DNA of 55,132 nt from Folioceros fuciformis. Lineage: Eukaryota. The notes beneath the pieces are model-generated. The model saw only the letters and a program-made list of their open reading frames with translations, ran no database searches and was not told the DNA's origin. Below, one piece after another: positions 22,787 to 33,302 of the stretch (positions are counted from its first letter, which is position 1; each line of letters starts with the position of its first letter). Position numbers and translations under genes: made by a program. The DNA lies in NCBI GenBank assembly GCA_049999805.1, contig JBNGIO010006348.1, positions 161,554 to 216,685 of the forward strand, given 5' to 3'.

Positions 22787-23951
22787 CTGCACCCACATCA
22801 TTGGAAGAGTACTCTCGTAGATGTTGATTTGCACAATGTCTCCTTGAAATCCCTCAAACAGATATTAGCAGTGCGACAAATGAAGAAATACAGTGCCAAT
22901 TCCCACCTCCCGAGGTCTGGGCTCAGAGAATGATTGAGTCTAACTTGAGAGAATCCCAGTGTTCCAGTGTCCAGTCGGTCTGCTCTAGGCCAATGGGAGT
23001 ACAAGCCTAGTGCCGCCCTACTGACTCTCTTGTCTCGCTTCCATGGAAAGCCTGACATGCAAACTCCTTGGTGGTCAGACGCAAAGCGGTTTGTTTGGAC
23101 TGACACAGTATCTCTCTCCCACAGATTAACTCACCCGAAAAACCCTTCAGGGATGCACAGCTTCTCCCAGACGCAAGGTACCCCACAATTTGTCCACAAC
23201 CTCGTTGCCTCGCGAAGGTGAGGAGTTTCTGCATAATGCTCCTCGTAGCTCCAGATCAAAACAATCAACACATCTTTCAGTTTTCCAGCAGCACAACTCC
23301 ACATGCAGGAGAGACAGGACGGGGCATAAACACAAACAGCAGTGGAGCCACTGGCTTCGGAGCAAATCACTTTACTGCCCATCAACGAGTGCTCTGAGGC
23401 ACGTGAGAATGAAGCTTCCCTGGTAGGACAATCCCTGCCGACTGTCGGGACTGTCTGTGCTCCAGGGAATGGATGGCCGCTTAGAGCAGGAAGAGGCCCT
23501 TTACACCCCAGCTGAGACATGTTTGTAACTTTGTGAAAGTCATGTTGGGAATAGCATCGGACGTGCTGGGCACCGATGAATGCTGACGAGTCTATAAAGT
23601 GGGGAGTAAGACAATCCTTGCACGTAGGCGCCTGTGATATTGGCAAATTACGACGTCCAAGTAACTCGGCTCGATGATAATGGCTCATAGCTGCTAGCTG
23701 TGGCTGTTCAGAGCTTCGCACTCGATTCACATTAAGGGCAAGAGAAACCGATTCCAGAATGGTTTTCTGGACCGAACGAAGTGGAGGGCTGTCATCAGAG
23801 TGCCCAGGAAATGCTGTCTTTCGCCTGACTTCAAGGAACCAACCGCTGCAATCAACCAGGCCTCGAGGCGCAGCAGCTTCACATCAAAGCCAGTCCCTGC
23901 AAAAGAGCATGTCTGGTTGGAAACGCTTGTCCCACCGTGAATCGTTTGGAT

Positions 23952-26900
23952 ATGGAGATGGCTTTTCGCGCCTTCACATGCAACTTGAGGCTGCCGGATG
24001 ATCCTGGCCCACGCAGGCCTGGAGGATACGAAAGAGGGGTCACGGTACATACCGTTCGCAAGCTATGCCATCAGGGCTATCTCAAGGAAGCCGTTGAGGC
24101 TTTGGGAGTTTTGGTGCAGGCAGACGGTCGTCTCTCCAGGTCTATTTTTTATGTTGTCCTGAGAGACTGTGTAGTGAGGAAGGACCTTGCTCTTGGTCGC
24201 CGTGTTCATGCCTTGTGTGTTCAAAAAGGATATGAATCAGATACGTTCCTGTGCAATCACATTCTACGAATATATGCCTCTCATGGCAAGTTGCAAGACG
24301 CGATGGATGTGTTCACCATGGTTGACAAACCAGATGCCTTCATGTGGTCTTCTATAATTTCTGCGCATGTCAAACACGGACAAGACAAGCGAGCCATTCA
24401 TCTGTATCACATGATGCGCAGGTCAAGTGTGAAGCCAGATGGCCATGTATTTGTGGCAGCTCTTCAGGCTTGTGCAAGGGCAGCAGACATCGATGCCGGG
24501 CAGGAGCTGCATGCAGATGTGTTGAAAAGTGGTGCTGAGCGTGATTTGTTCGTCTGCAATTGCTTGGTGGACATGTATTCCAAGTGTGGCAGCTTGGAAA
24601 ACGCTCAGAGAGTGTTTGACGGACTTGGTCAGAAAAATGTGGTAACGTGGACTGCTCTCATTTCTGGATATTCCCAGCATGGCATGGGCCAGGAAGCTCT
24701 TAATCTCTACAGAGCTATGCAAGATGAAGGCATCGTTGTCCCAAATTCTGTGACATATATGAGCCTCCTGCAAGCGTGTGCAACTTTAGGCACCCCGGCA
24801 CTAGAGAAGGGTAGGCAACTTCATGCAGAAATCAGGAAAGGAGGACACCAAGCTGATGTGATTGTAGGCAATAGTTTGGTCCACATGTATGCAAAATGTG
24901 GCAGCTTGGAAGATGCTCGGACAGTGTTTGAGGGACTCAAGCAAAAAGACGTAGTGACGTGGACTTCCCTAATTTCAGGGTACTCCCAGCAGCACATGGG
25001 CCAGGAAGCTCTTGGTCTCTTCAGAACAATGCAAGAAGATGGCACCACTGTGCCCAACTCTGTAACCATTGTGTGCGTCCTGCAGGCATGTGCAAGTGTG
25101 GGCACGCCAGCTTTGGAGTTGGGGAAGCAGCTGCATGCGCAACTGAGAGAAGGAGGACGTGAAACTGATGTGTTTGTGGCCAACGGGTTGGTGAACATGT
25201 ATGCAAAGTGTGGAAGCGTGATAGATGCTAGAAGAGTGTTTGACACGCTTGTTCTAAAGGATGTGGCAACGTGGAATGCCATGATAGCAGGGTATTCTCA
25301 ACAGGGCTTGGGACATGAAGCTCTTGGTCTTTACAGTGCGATGCAAGAAGAGGGGATTGCTTTACCAGATTCAGTGACCTTTGTGTGCCTCCTGCAAGCA
25401 TGTGCAAGTGTGGGCACACCAGCGTTGGAGACCGGCAAGGAGCTTCATGCACGGATTAGTGAATGTGGACACCAATCTGACTTTCTTGTTGCCAGCAGTT
25501 TGGTGAACATGTATTCCAGGTGTGGCAGCTTGACAGATGCTCAGACTGTGTTTGAGACACTTCGTCAAAAAAATGTGGTGACCTGGACTGCACTAATTGG
25601 AGGATATTCCCAGCATGGCATGGGCGATGAAGCTCTTCGACTTTACAGTGCTATGCAAAGTGAAGGCATCGCTGTACCCAATTCCGTCACATTTGTGTGT
25701 CTCTTGCAGGCATGCGCAAGCATTGGTGACCAAGCTTTGGAGACGGGGAAGCGGCTTCATGCACAAATCTTTGAAGGCGGATACCAGAGTGATGTGTTTG
25801 TCGCCAACAGTTTGATTGACATGTATGCAAAATGTGGGAACGTGGAACATGCTCAGAGAGTCTTTGACGGACTTTGTCAAAAAGATGTGGTGACGTGGAC
25901 TGCTCTACTCGGAGGGTATTCCCAACAGGGCATGGGGCAGCAGGCCCTTCGTGTCTACAGTGTTATGGAAGAACAAGGCTTAGTTGTACCAGATTCTGTG
26001 ACATTTGTGTGCCTCTTGCAGGCATGTGCAGGTGTAGGCACCCCAGCATTAGAGAAAGGGAAGCAGCTTCATGCTCAGATTATAGAAGGGGGATACGAAG
26101 TTAATGTGACTGTGGCCAGCAGCTTGGTGAACATGTATGCAAAGTGCGGCGACCTGGAAAAGGCTCAAAGACTGTTTGAGGGTCTGGCTGAAAGAGATGT
26201 GGTGACGTGGACTACGTTGATTGCAGGGTACTCCCAGCAGGGAATGGGCCAGGAAGCCCTGCGTCTCTACAGAGCTATGCAAGAAGAAGGTTTTGCTGTA
26301 CCCAATTCTGTGACATATGTGTGCCTCCTGCAGGCATGTGCAGGTGTGGGTACTACAGCTTTGGGCACAGGGAAGCAGCTTCACACACAAATTAGAGATC
26401 AAGGGCTTCAAGCGGATGTGTTCATAGCTAACAGTTTGGTGAACATGTACGCGAAGTGTGGCAGCTCGGAAGATGCAAAGACGGTGTTCGACACACTTAG
26501 TCAAAAAGATGTGGTGACATGGACTGCCCTAATCGTGGGATATTCCCAGCAGGGCATGAGGCAAGAAGCCCTTTGTCTCTACAGCTCCATGCAAGAAGAT
26601 GGCCTAATTGTCCCCGATCCCGTGATGTTCGTATCTCTCCTGCAGGCATGTGCAGGTTTGGGCAACGTAGCGTTGGAGAAGGGGAAGCAGCTCCATGTGC
26701 AGATTAGAGAACGAGGACTTCAAGCTGATCTGTTTGTCGCCAACAGTTTGGTGGACATGTATTCAAAGTGTGGCAGCTTGGAAGATGCTCAGAAAGTTTT
26801 TGATGGGCTTGGTCGGAAAGATTTGGTGACGTGGAATTCCATAATATCAGGATACTCCCATGGGGGCATGGAGCTGCAAGCCCTTAGTCTATACAGTGCT

Positions 26901-28019
26901 ATGCAAGAAGAAGGCATTGTTGCACCAGATTGTGTGACATTCACGTGCCTCCTGCAGGCATGCGCAAGTGTGGGTGCCCCTGCTTTGCAGAATGGGAAGC
27001 ACCTCCACATGCAGATAGTAGAGCAAGGGCATGAAGCCGATATGTTTATAGCTAGCAGTTTGGTGAACATGTATGCAAAGTGTGGCAGCGTGGAAGACGC
27101 TCAGAGAGTTTTTGATGGACTTGGTGAAAAAGATGTGGTGATGTGGACTACCATGATAGCAGGACTTTCCCAGCACAGCATGGGGCATGAAGCCCTCTGT
27201 CTCTACAGTGCTCTGCAAGAAGAAGGTAGGGGTGTATCTGATTCCCTCACACTTGTGTCCCTCCTTCAGGCATGTGCAGATGTGGCAGCCTTGGATATAG
27301 GAAGGCAACTACATGCACAGATTGAAGAAGTAGGACTTCAATCTGATGCCTTCGTGGCCGCCAGCTTGATAAACATGTACGGAAAATGTGGGAGCATGAT
27401 TGATGCGCAGCAGGTATTTGATGGCTCGATTGAAAGAGATGTTGTTACGTGGAGTGCGCTGCTTACAGGATACGCTTTTCAAGGAGACTTTGAAGGGGTC
27501 TTCGACTTGTTCGAGAGAATGAAAGAGGACGGCATACAGCCAGTAGGCATCACATTCGTTAGCCTACTGACAGTATGCAGTCACGCAGGGCTTGTGAACA
27601 AGGGTAGGGAGTACTTCGATGCTATGAGCAGACGTTACAGCATTGCTCCAACAGTGGAGCACTACACGTGCATGGTGGATCTCCTGGGCCGTTCAGGCCA
27701 TCTGGATGAGGCACAGGCTTTGATAAGCACGATGCCTGTTCCACCCAATGCGGCAGTTTGGCACACTCTATTGGGGGCTTGTCGGAAGTGGAGCAACGTA
27801 GAGTTAGGACGCCATGCTTTTGACCACGCGGTGAAGCTAGACAAGGAAGATGCTGCAACATACGTGTTGATGTCCAACATATACTCTGGTGCCCAGCTGT
27901 GGGATCACGCACAGGAGTTGCAGGAGATGAGGAGAAGAATCGGTGCACGGAAACAGCCGGGCCAAAGCTGGTGGACAGATTTGGATGGACAAATACACAG
28001 TTTTGTATCTGGAAGTTAG
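23952..28019 (+). CDS. PLS-class PPR protein with E1-E2-E+ (WW-type, no DYW), about 36 motifs; paralog of 13983-17285
   Basis: ORF opens at GTG 23937, first ATG 23952. Same architecture as the first PPR, with three extra P-L-S triplets; ends RKQPGQSWWTDLDGQIHSFVSGS-stop. Confidence 0.95.
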   Translation: MEMAFRAFTCNLRLPDDPGPRRPGGYERGVTVHTVRKLCHQGYLKEAVEALGVLVQADGRLSRSIFYVVLRDCVVRKDLALGRRVHALCVQKGYESDTFLCNHILRIYASHGKLQDAMDVFTMVDKPDAFMWSSIISAHVKHGQDKRAIHLYHMMRRSSVKPDGHVFVAALQACARAADIDAGQELHADVLKSGAERDLFVCNCLVDMYSKCGSLENAQRVFDGLGQKNVVTWTALISGYSQHGMGQEALNLYRAMQDEGIVVPNSVTYMSLLQACATLGTPALEKGRQLHAEIRKGGHQADVIVGNSLVHMYAKCGSLEDARTVFEGLKQKDVVTWTSLISGYSQQHMGQEALGLFRTMQEDGTTVPNSVTIVCVLQACASVGTPALELGKQLHAQLREGGRETDVFVANGLVNMYAKCGSVIDARRVFDTLVLKDVATWNAMIAGYSQQGLGHEALGLYSAMQEEGIALPDSVTFVCLLQACASVGTPALETGKELHARISECGHQSDFLVASSLVNMYSRCGSLTDAQTVFETLRQKNVVTWTALIGGYSQHGMGDEALRLYSAMQSEGIAVPNSVTFVCLLQACASIGDQALETGKRLHAQIFEGGYQSDVFVANSLIDMYAKCGNVEHAQRVFDGLCQKDVVTWTALLGGYSQQGMGQQALRVYSVMEEQGLVVPDSVTFVCLLQACAGVGTPALEKGKQLHAQIIEGGYEVNVTVASSLVNMYAKCGDLEKAQRLFEGLAERDVVTWTTLIAGYSQQGMGQEALRLYRAMQEEGFAVPNSVTYVCLLQACAGVGTTALGTGKQLHTQIRDQGLQADVFIANSLVNMYAKCGSSEDAKTVFDTLSQKDVVTWTALIVGYSQQGMRQEALCLYSSMQEDGLIVPDPVMFVSLLQACAGLGNVALEKGKQLHVQIRERGLQADLFVANSLVDMYSKCGSLEDAQKVFDGLGRKDLVTWNSIISGYSHGGMELQALSLYSAMQEEGIVAPDCVTFTCLLQACASVGAPALQNGKHLHMQIVEQGHEADMFIASSLVNMYAKCGSVEDAQRVFDGLGEKDVVMWTTMIAGLSQHSMGHEALCLYSALQEEGRGVSDSLTLVSLLQACADVAALDIGRQLHAQIEEVGLQSDAFVAASLINMYGKCGSMIDAQQVFDGSIERDVVTWSALLTGYAFQGDFEGVFDLFERMKEDGIQPVGITFVSLLTVCSHAGLVNKGREYFDAMSRRYSIAPTVEHYTCMVDLLGRSGHLDEAQALISTMPVPPNAAVWHTLLGACRKWSNVELGRHAFDHAVKLDKEDAATYVLMSNIYSGAQLWDHAQELQEMRRRIGARKQPGQSWWTDLDGQIHSFVSGS

Positions 28020-28095
28020 ATTAGTGGGGGCCATTATCTTCGAGTACCCATTATCTTATGTCAAATTCATCTTCATTTGTGGAAAAGAGATGAAA

Positions 28096-28691
28096 AGTAA
28101 CACCCCCTTCAACGGGATGGGGTAGAACCACGCAGTTAGAAGCCAAAGCAAGGGTCAGTTTTAAACACCAGACACAGCACTAGGCTTCCAAGTAGCCCGC
28201 CCTCCTCTTCTAGGAGGACTCGTAGCCAGCACTCTTGCTGCTGCTGTTTATTCAAATCACAAGTCAACAAGAACATACAGAGCTGGAGGGCTAGAGAGAA
28301 CTCCCCATCTTTGCCTAAGCTAGGAGTTTAGCTCTCCCTTCTCTTGGCCTCCTCCCACAACTCCTTCACAGCACCTTTCATGTGCTCTCACAGCCCAAGC
28401 GACACATGCTCTCAAGGCATAGCCCAAGCACCCATTGCTCTCAAGGCTTTGAGGAGATATTGATCTCAATTCCATTGTACTGAACTTGCCTTAGCCCTTG
28501 GCTGGGTCTCCTTTTATACACAAGCTCAAGTCACTAACTTAGCAACTACTTACTTAAGCACTTACTTAAGCCTTAAGATATTATACACTTTTCTTAGGGC
28601 TGTATGCTTCTCATGCTCTTAGTAACCTGCTCTGCTAAACATGCCTCTACATGGAGCTTACTTGCTTGGCACTCAAACCAACGTTGTTACT
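28096..28691 (-). repeat. 3' LTR of the Gypsy element (596 bp), bounded by the inverted repeat AGTAACA...TGTTACT
   Basis: Aligns with 33303 onward; terminal 7-bp inverted repeat. Confidence 0.85.
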
Positions 28692-28883
28692 AGGAACCCC
28701 ACTAGGAAAAAATCACTGCCTTCAGTGATAATCAGTGTAACGAGCAATCATCCAGGAGCCTCTCTGGATATCCTCTAATGTTACCCAAACTGGTGTTGAG
28801 ATCCCACGCAACTTTACCATATACTATGGTAGAGTTCCACGTCTCATAGCCACGCTACCTTCTGCAAGGAATTCCTCAATCTC

Positions 28884-31800
28884 TCACAGTTCTTGATCAT
28901 GCTGCACCAGGATACTATACTTCTTCCTATCCATATCTTCTTTCTCTTTGCCTAGCACAAATGGTTTCAACATAGATACATGAAATACATTGTGTGCAAA
29001 AATCCAGTCAGGCAAGTCCAACTTGTAAGCCACTTCTCCAATGCGCTTCAAGACAACATATGAACCTCCATACTTTGGTCTCAACTTTAAAGACAATCCT
29101 TGGGGTAGTGTGAAATGCTTCAGTTTCACCCAAACTTTATCTCCAACATTGAAGACAGTTTCTCTCCTGTGCTTATCGGCATATCTCTTTTGACGTGCTT
29201 GAGCCTTGGCTAATATCTTTTGGGCAACCTCATGCCTAGCCTTCAATTGCTCACCAAATTGGCTTGGATCTCCAATAGTAGTGTCGAAAACTTCAGCATG
29301 GATATCACATCCAAAGCTGAATTTCCACTCATCTCAAAAGGACTACATCCCAGGGAGCTATGAATTGTGTTATTGTAACAAAACTCCACATCATCAAGAT
29401 GATCAGCCCAATCTCTCTGATCAATCTGCACACAGTGCCTCAAATATTCTTCTTGGATTCGGTTGACTCGCTCAGTTAATCCATTAGTATCTGGATGGTA
29501 TGCAGTACTCATGCATAGCTGCACATTCAAGCTCTTCATCAAGTGCTGCCGGAACTCTCTTGTGAATCTTGGATCTCTATCGCTCACAATCTGCACGGGC
29601 AACCATGATACTTGTACACATACTTTTTGAACAAGTTTGCTGCCTCAGAAGAGGTCACTCGCTTCTTGGTGGGGATGAAGTGTGCTTGTCTGGTGAATCT
29701 ATCCACCACTGTCATGATAGCTGTAAATCCATTACTGGAAGGCAAGGGCATGATGAAGTCCATAGAAATACTTTTCCATGGGCCTCTTGGGATAGGTAGG
29801 GGCTGTAATAAACCTCTCGGCTTAGCCTGCTCAACCTTGTCCTGCTGACAAATAGGATATGCCTTGACATAATCTAATGTATCTTGATACATTCCTTGCC
29901 AATGGAACAGTCTCCTCAACTTCTCATAAGTTGAATCACCTCCACGGTGACCAGCACTTGGCACATCATGACACTCAGCAAGCAATTTCCTCTTCAAGCC
30001 TACAGAGTTAGGGATCACAACTCTCTTCTGTTTGTATATCAACAAACCATCTCTGAGTTTGAACTTGCTTCCTTTCTCTGCCACCCCATTCATCTAGTCC
30101 TGTACTTCAGGATCTTGCAGATAAACTTCTTTTATCTCTTTGTGAGCATCCAAAGGTTCAATCACAGTTGCCATTGCTTTCACGTCTTGACTTTGCTTGC
30201 GGCTCAGCGCATCTGCAACCTTATTCTCTTTTCCAGGTTTATATCTTAGAGTCACGTCATACATAGCTAGGAAATCTTGCCATCTAGCTTGCCTCACATT
30301 CAACTTCAACTGGTTTGAGAAGTACATCGTGCTAATATTATCAGTATACAGCACAAAAGACCTACCCAAGAGATAGTGTCTCCAAGCCTTCAGACAGTGG
30401 ATGACAGCAGTCATTTCCTTCTCATAGGTGGGATACTTCCTTTCATAAGGATGCAACTTCCTTGACTCAAAAGCTAACGGCTTTTGGTCCTGCATCAAAA
30501 CTCCACCTATAGCCACATTTGAGGCATCACAAAACACTTCCACATCTCTCTTGGGGTTATACATTCCCAACACCGGAGTCGTGCTCAACTTCTTCTTAAA
30601 GCATTCAAAGGTTGCTTGGCAATCAGCATCCCATTTCCAAGCTTTTGCTATCTTCAAGAGGTCAGTTATGGGGGCTGCTATCTTAGCAAACACATGTACA
30701 AACTTCCTGTACACAGAAGCCAAACCCATAAAACTTCGCACCTCATGAATATTTCGAGGGTACTGCCAATCTTGAATGGCCTTAACTTTATCAGGATCCA
30801 TCCTGATGCCCTTGGCAGAGACAATGAAACCTAAGAATGAAATTTCTGTCTTGATAAAGTCACACTTCTTGATTGCCAAGAACAAAGAATTCTCTCTTAG
30901 TCTCTGTAACACTTTCCTCAAGTGTTCAACATGTTCCTCCAAGGTATGACTATAGATCAAAATGTCATCCAGATAGATTACAACACACTTGTCCACCAGA
31001 TATATGAATATAGTATTCATAAGAGTCTGAAATGTAGCAGGTGCGTTAGTAAGTCCAAATGGCATGACAAGGAACTCAAAAGATCCATACCTTGTTCTGC
31101 ATGCTGTTTTGTACTCATGCCCCTCAGCAATCCTGATCTGATAGTACCCTGCCATCAGGTCTAGCTTGGTGAAATACTTGGCACCCTTCAACCTGTCAAA
31201 CATGTCGTCCATTCTCGGCAAAGGATATGCATTCTTGATTGTAATCTGGTTCAAAGCTCTGTAATCCAGACACAATCTAAGTCCTCCATTCTTTTTGCAC
31301 GTGAATAACACAGGCGCACCAAAGGGAGACTTAGAAACTCTGACATATCCCTTTGCCAACAGGTTGGATAGTTGTCGCTTGAGTTCTTGCAACTCATCTT
31401 GTGACAATTTATATGGTGCTCTCGAAGGAGGTGTACTCCCTGGCCTCAACTCAATTTCATGATCCACAACTCTGCGAGACGGCAATGGTGGCAACTCATC
31501 TGGCATCAAGTCCTTGAACTCATCTAGTACAACTTGTACTTCTTTTGGGATGTCCTTCTCCTCTGTGGAATCTTCTTCCAAACCATCCTCTAGTCCTTGG
31601 AGTAGAACCAAGTATAACTCCTTCTTTTTCCTGAGGTCTTTCTTGAGCTCTCTTTTTGTAATCAACTGTACTGATACGCTCTCAAGCCTCTGGCTACTGC
31701 TAGCACAACTTACTTTGTGCTTTCTGGATATCTCGATAGCGCATGACTTAACATCCATTTGCACTTCATTAGATCTCAACCACTCCAGACCTAGGATGAT

Positions 31801-32060
31801 ATCATGGTCATCCATCTCCACGACTGTAAAACTCACACTTCCTTGCCACACATCAACTTGCAGCTTTACTCCATGCAATTCATCCAGAAATTGCAGAGTT
31901 CCTTTAGCTTGCTTGATTCTATATGGCGTGGAAGTTTCAGTCCAATCAAGGCCAAGCTCTCTTGCCTAATGTGGAGTCACAAAATTATGGGTGGCTGTAG
32001 AATCTAACAATAGCTCAACATCCAAGCCATTGATCTTGCCACATATATACATCAAGTCTC
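28884..32060 (-). pseudogene. Gypsy pol (protease-RT-RNaseH-integrase), interrupted by stops and frameshifts
   Basis: ORF pieces 30094-31878 (RT/RH), 29584-30093 (integrase HHCC region, SMDFI), 29243-29602 (IVSDRDPRF) and 28884-29246 (GPY/F-like, HNVFHVSMLK). Confidence 0.9.
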
Positions 32061-32136
32061 CACCGTCCCTGGAAATAGTGTCATCCTTGACACTTGATGA
32101 CTCACCACATGTCTTCACAGCATGTGGCCCCTAGCG

Positions 32137-33249
32137 TCACCTAGACTCTTTAGAGAGCTCTTGGATCCTGGCTCTAGGAACATGTGGATTTGTGGCAACT
32201 AGATTCAAGTTGCGAGCTCCTGCATGTGGACAATTTCTAGCAAAATGTGCCTGCTCTCCACAACTATAACATACACCAAAGGTAGGCGCTACATGTCGTC
32301 TTCCACGACTCCTGTTATCACCTCTACCCCGGCTTCTGGCAGTAGTCTCAGTTGCACTGTTCCCAGTGGTGGTGGCTCGTCCTCTACCTCTAGATCTACC
32401 CTGAGATCTAGGATATCTCCCCTTGGAGATTGGAGCCTCCTGGACAAACATGTCCGGTATGGCATCTGCTGCTGCCATAGCCTCTTGCAACGTTTGAGGA
32501 TTAGTCAATGCAATCCTGTTTTGAGCCCATCTCTTAAGGCCAGTAGTAAACTTGTGGAGTTTGTCCTGCTCATGCATCTCAGGACATTGCAAGACAATAG
32601 AGCTGAATTCACTCACATACTCCTGCACAGTTCCAGTATACTTGACATTGTCGAGCATCCTTCGCGCCAAACTCGTAGCATTAGCTGGTTGGAAACGAAG
32701 TTGCAGCGCTTCCTTGAAGTCTGCCCATGTGAAGATTGTTGCTCTACGATTGCCTTGCCTTACGTTCTCTACGTAAGTCCTCCACCAAGTAAGAGCATAC
32801 TCGTCCAAGAAGTTCGTGACATGCTTCAAGTACTCGTCATGCGGCACTCCGCATGATTCCAAGTACGCTTCCAAAGAGAAAAACCAAGAATTGATTTTCT
32901 CTACGTCACGCTCGCCTTTATAACTCTTAGGCGCAGGAACACTCAATCTCAACTTCTTGGCGTTCTTAGGAGCTCTGATCTCAGGCTCGGGCTCCACTTC
33001 TTCTGGCTCTTCTTCAACGAGCCTACGTTTGCCTTTGATCTCTTGATCAAGGGCATCAAGTCTCCTCATGATTTTTTGGAGCTGGTCCTCTATGGTGGTA
33101 CCGGTCCTTTGCTCTGAAGTTCCTTCCTCCGTCGTTCTCACGACTTGAGGATCCACCTGTGGCTCTTCCACAACGGCTTCGGTAAGCGGGGCCTTATCCT
33201 TCCTGCGGCGCACCCTCTCTGCTCTCCCTGGCTCAGTAGGATCTGCCAT
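32137..33249 (-). CDS. Gypsy Gag, intact 370-aa ORF
   Basis: Retrotransposon gag motifs (A..WW, F.P, F..GLK) and CCHC knuckle CYSCGEQAHFARNC; ATG about 40 bp after the PBS. Confidence 0.88.
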   Translation of the reverse strand: MADPTEPGRAERVRRRKDKAPLTEAVVEEPQVDPQVVRTTEEGTSEQRTGTTIEDQLQKIMRRLDALDQEIKGKRRLVEEEPEEVEPEPEIRAPKNAKKLRLSVPAPKSYKGERDVEKINSWFFSLEAYLESCGVPHDEYLKHVTNFLDEYALTWWRTYVENVRQGNRRATIFTWADFKEALQLRFQPANATSLARRMLDNVKYTGTVQEYVSEFSSIVLQCPEMHEQDKLHKFTTGLKRWAQNRIALTNPQTLQEAMAAADAIPDMFVQEAPISKGRYPRSQGRSRGRGRATTTGNSATETTARSRGRGDNRSRGRRHVAPTFGVCYSCGEQAHFARNCPHAGARNLNLVATNPHVPRARIQELSKESR

Positions 33250-33302
33250 CGTTAACCAGCGTACTAGTCAAGGATGCTTCAACCTATGCTCTGATACCAA
33301 CA

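Noticed and set aside
14199-27948. Many antisense and alternate-frame ORFs over the PPR genes
   Set aside because: Shadow ORFs produced by the 312-bp periodic coding sequence; no independent motifs.
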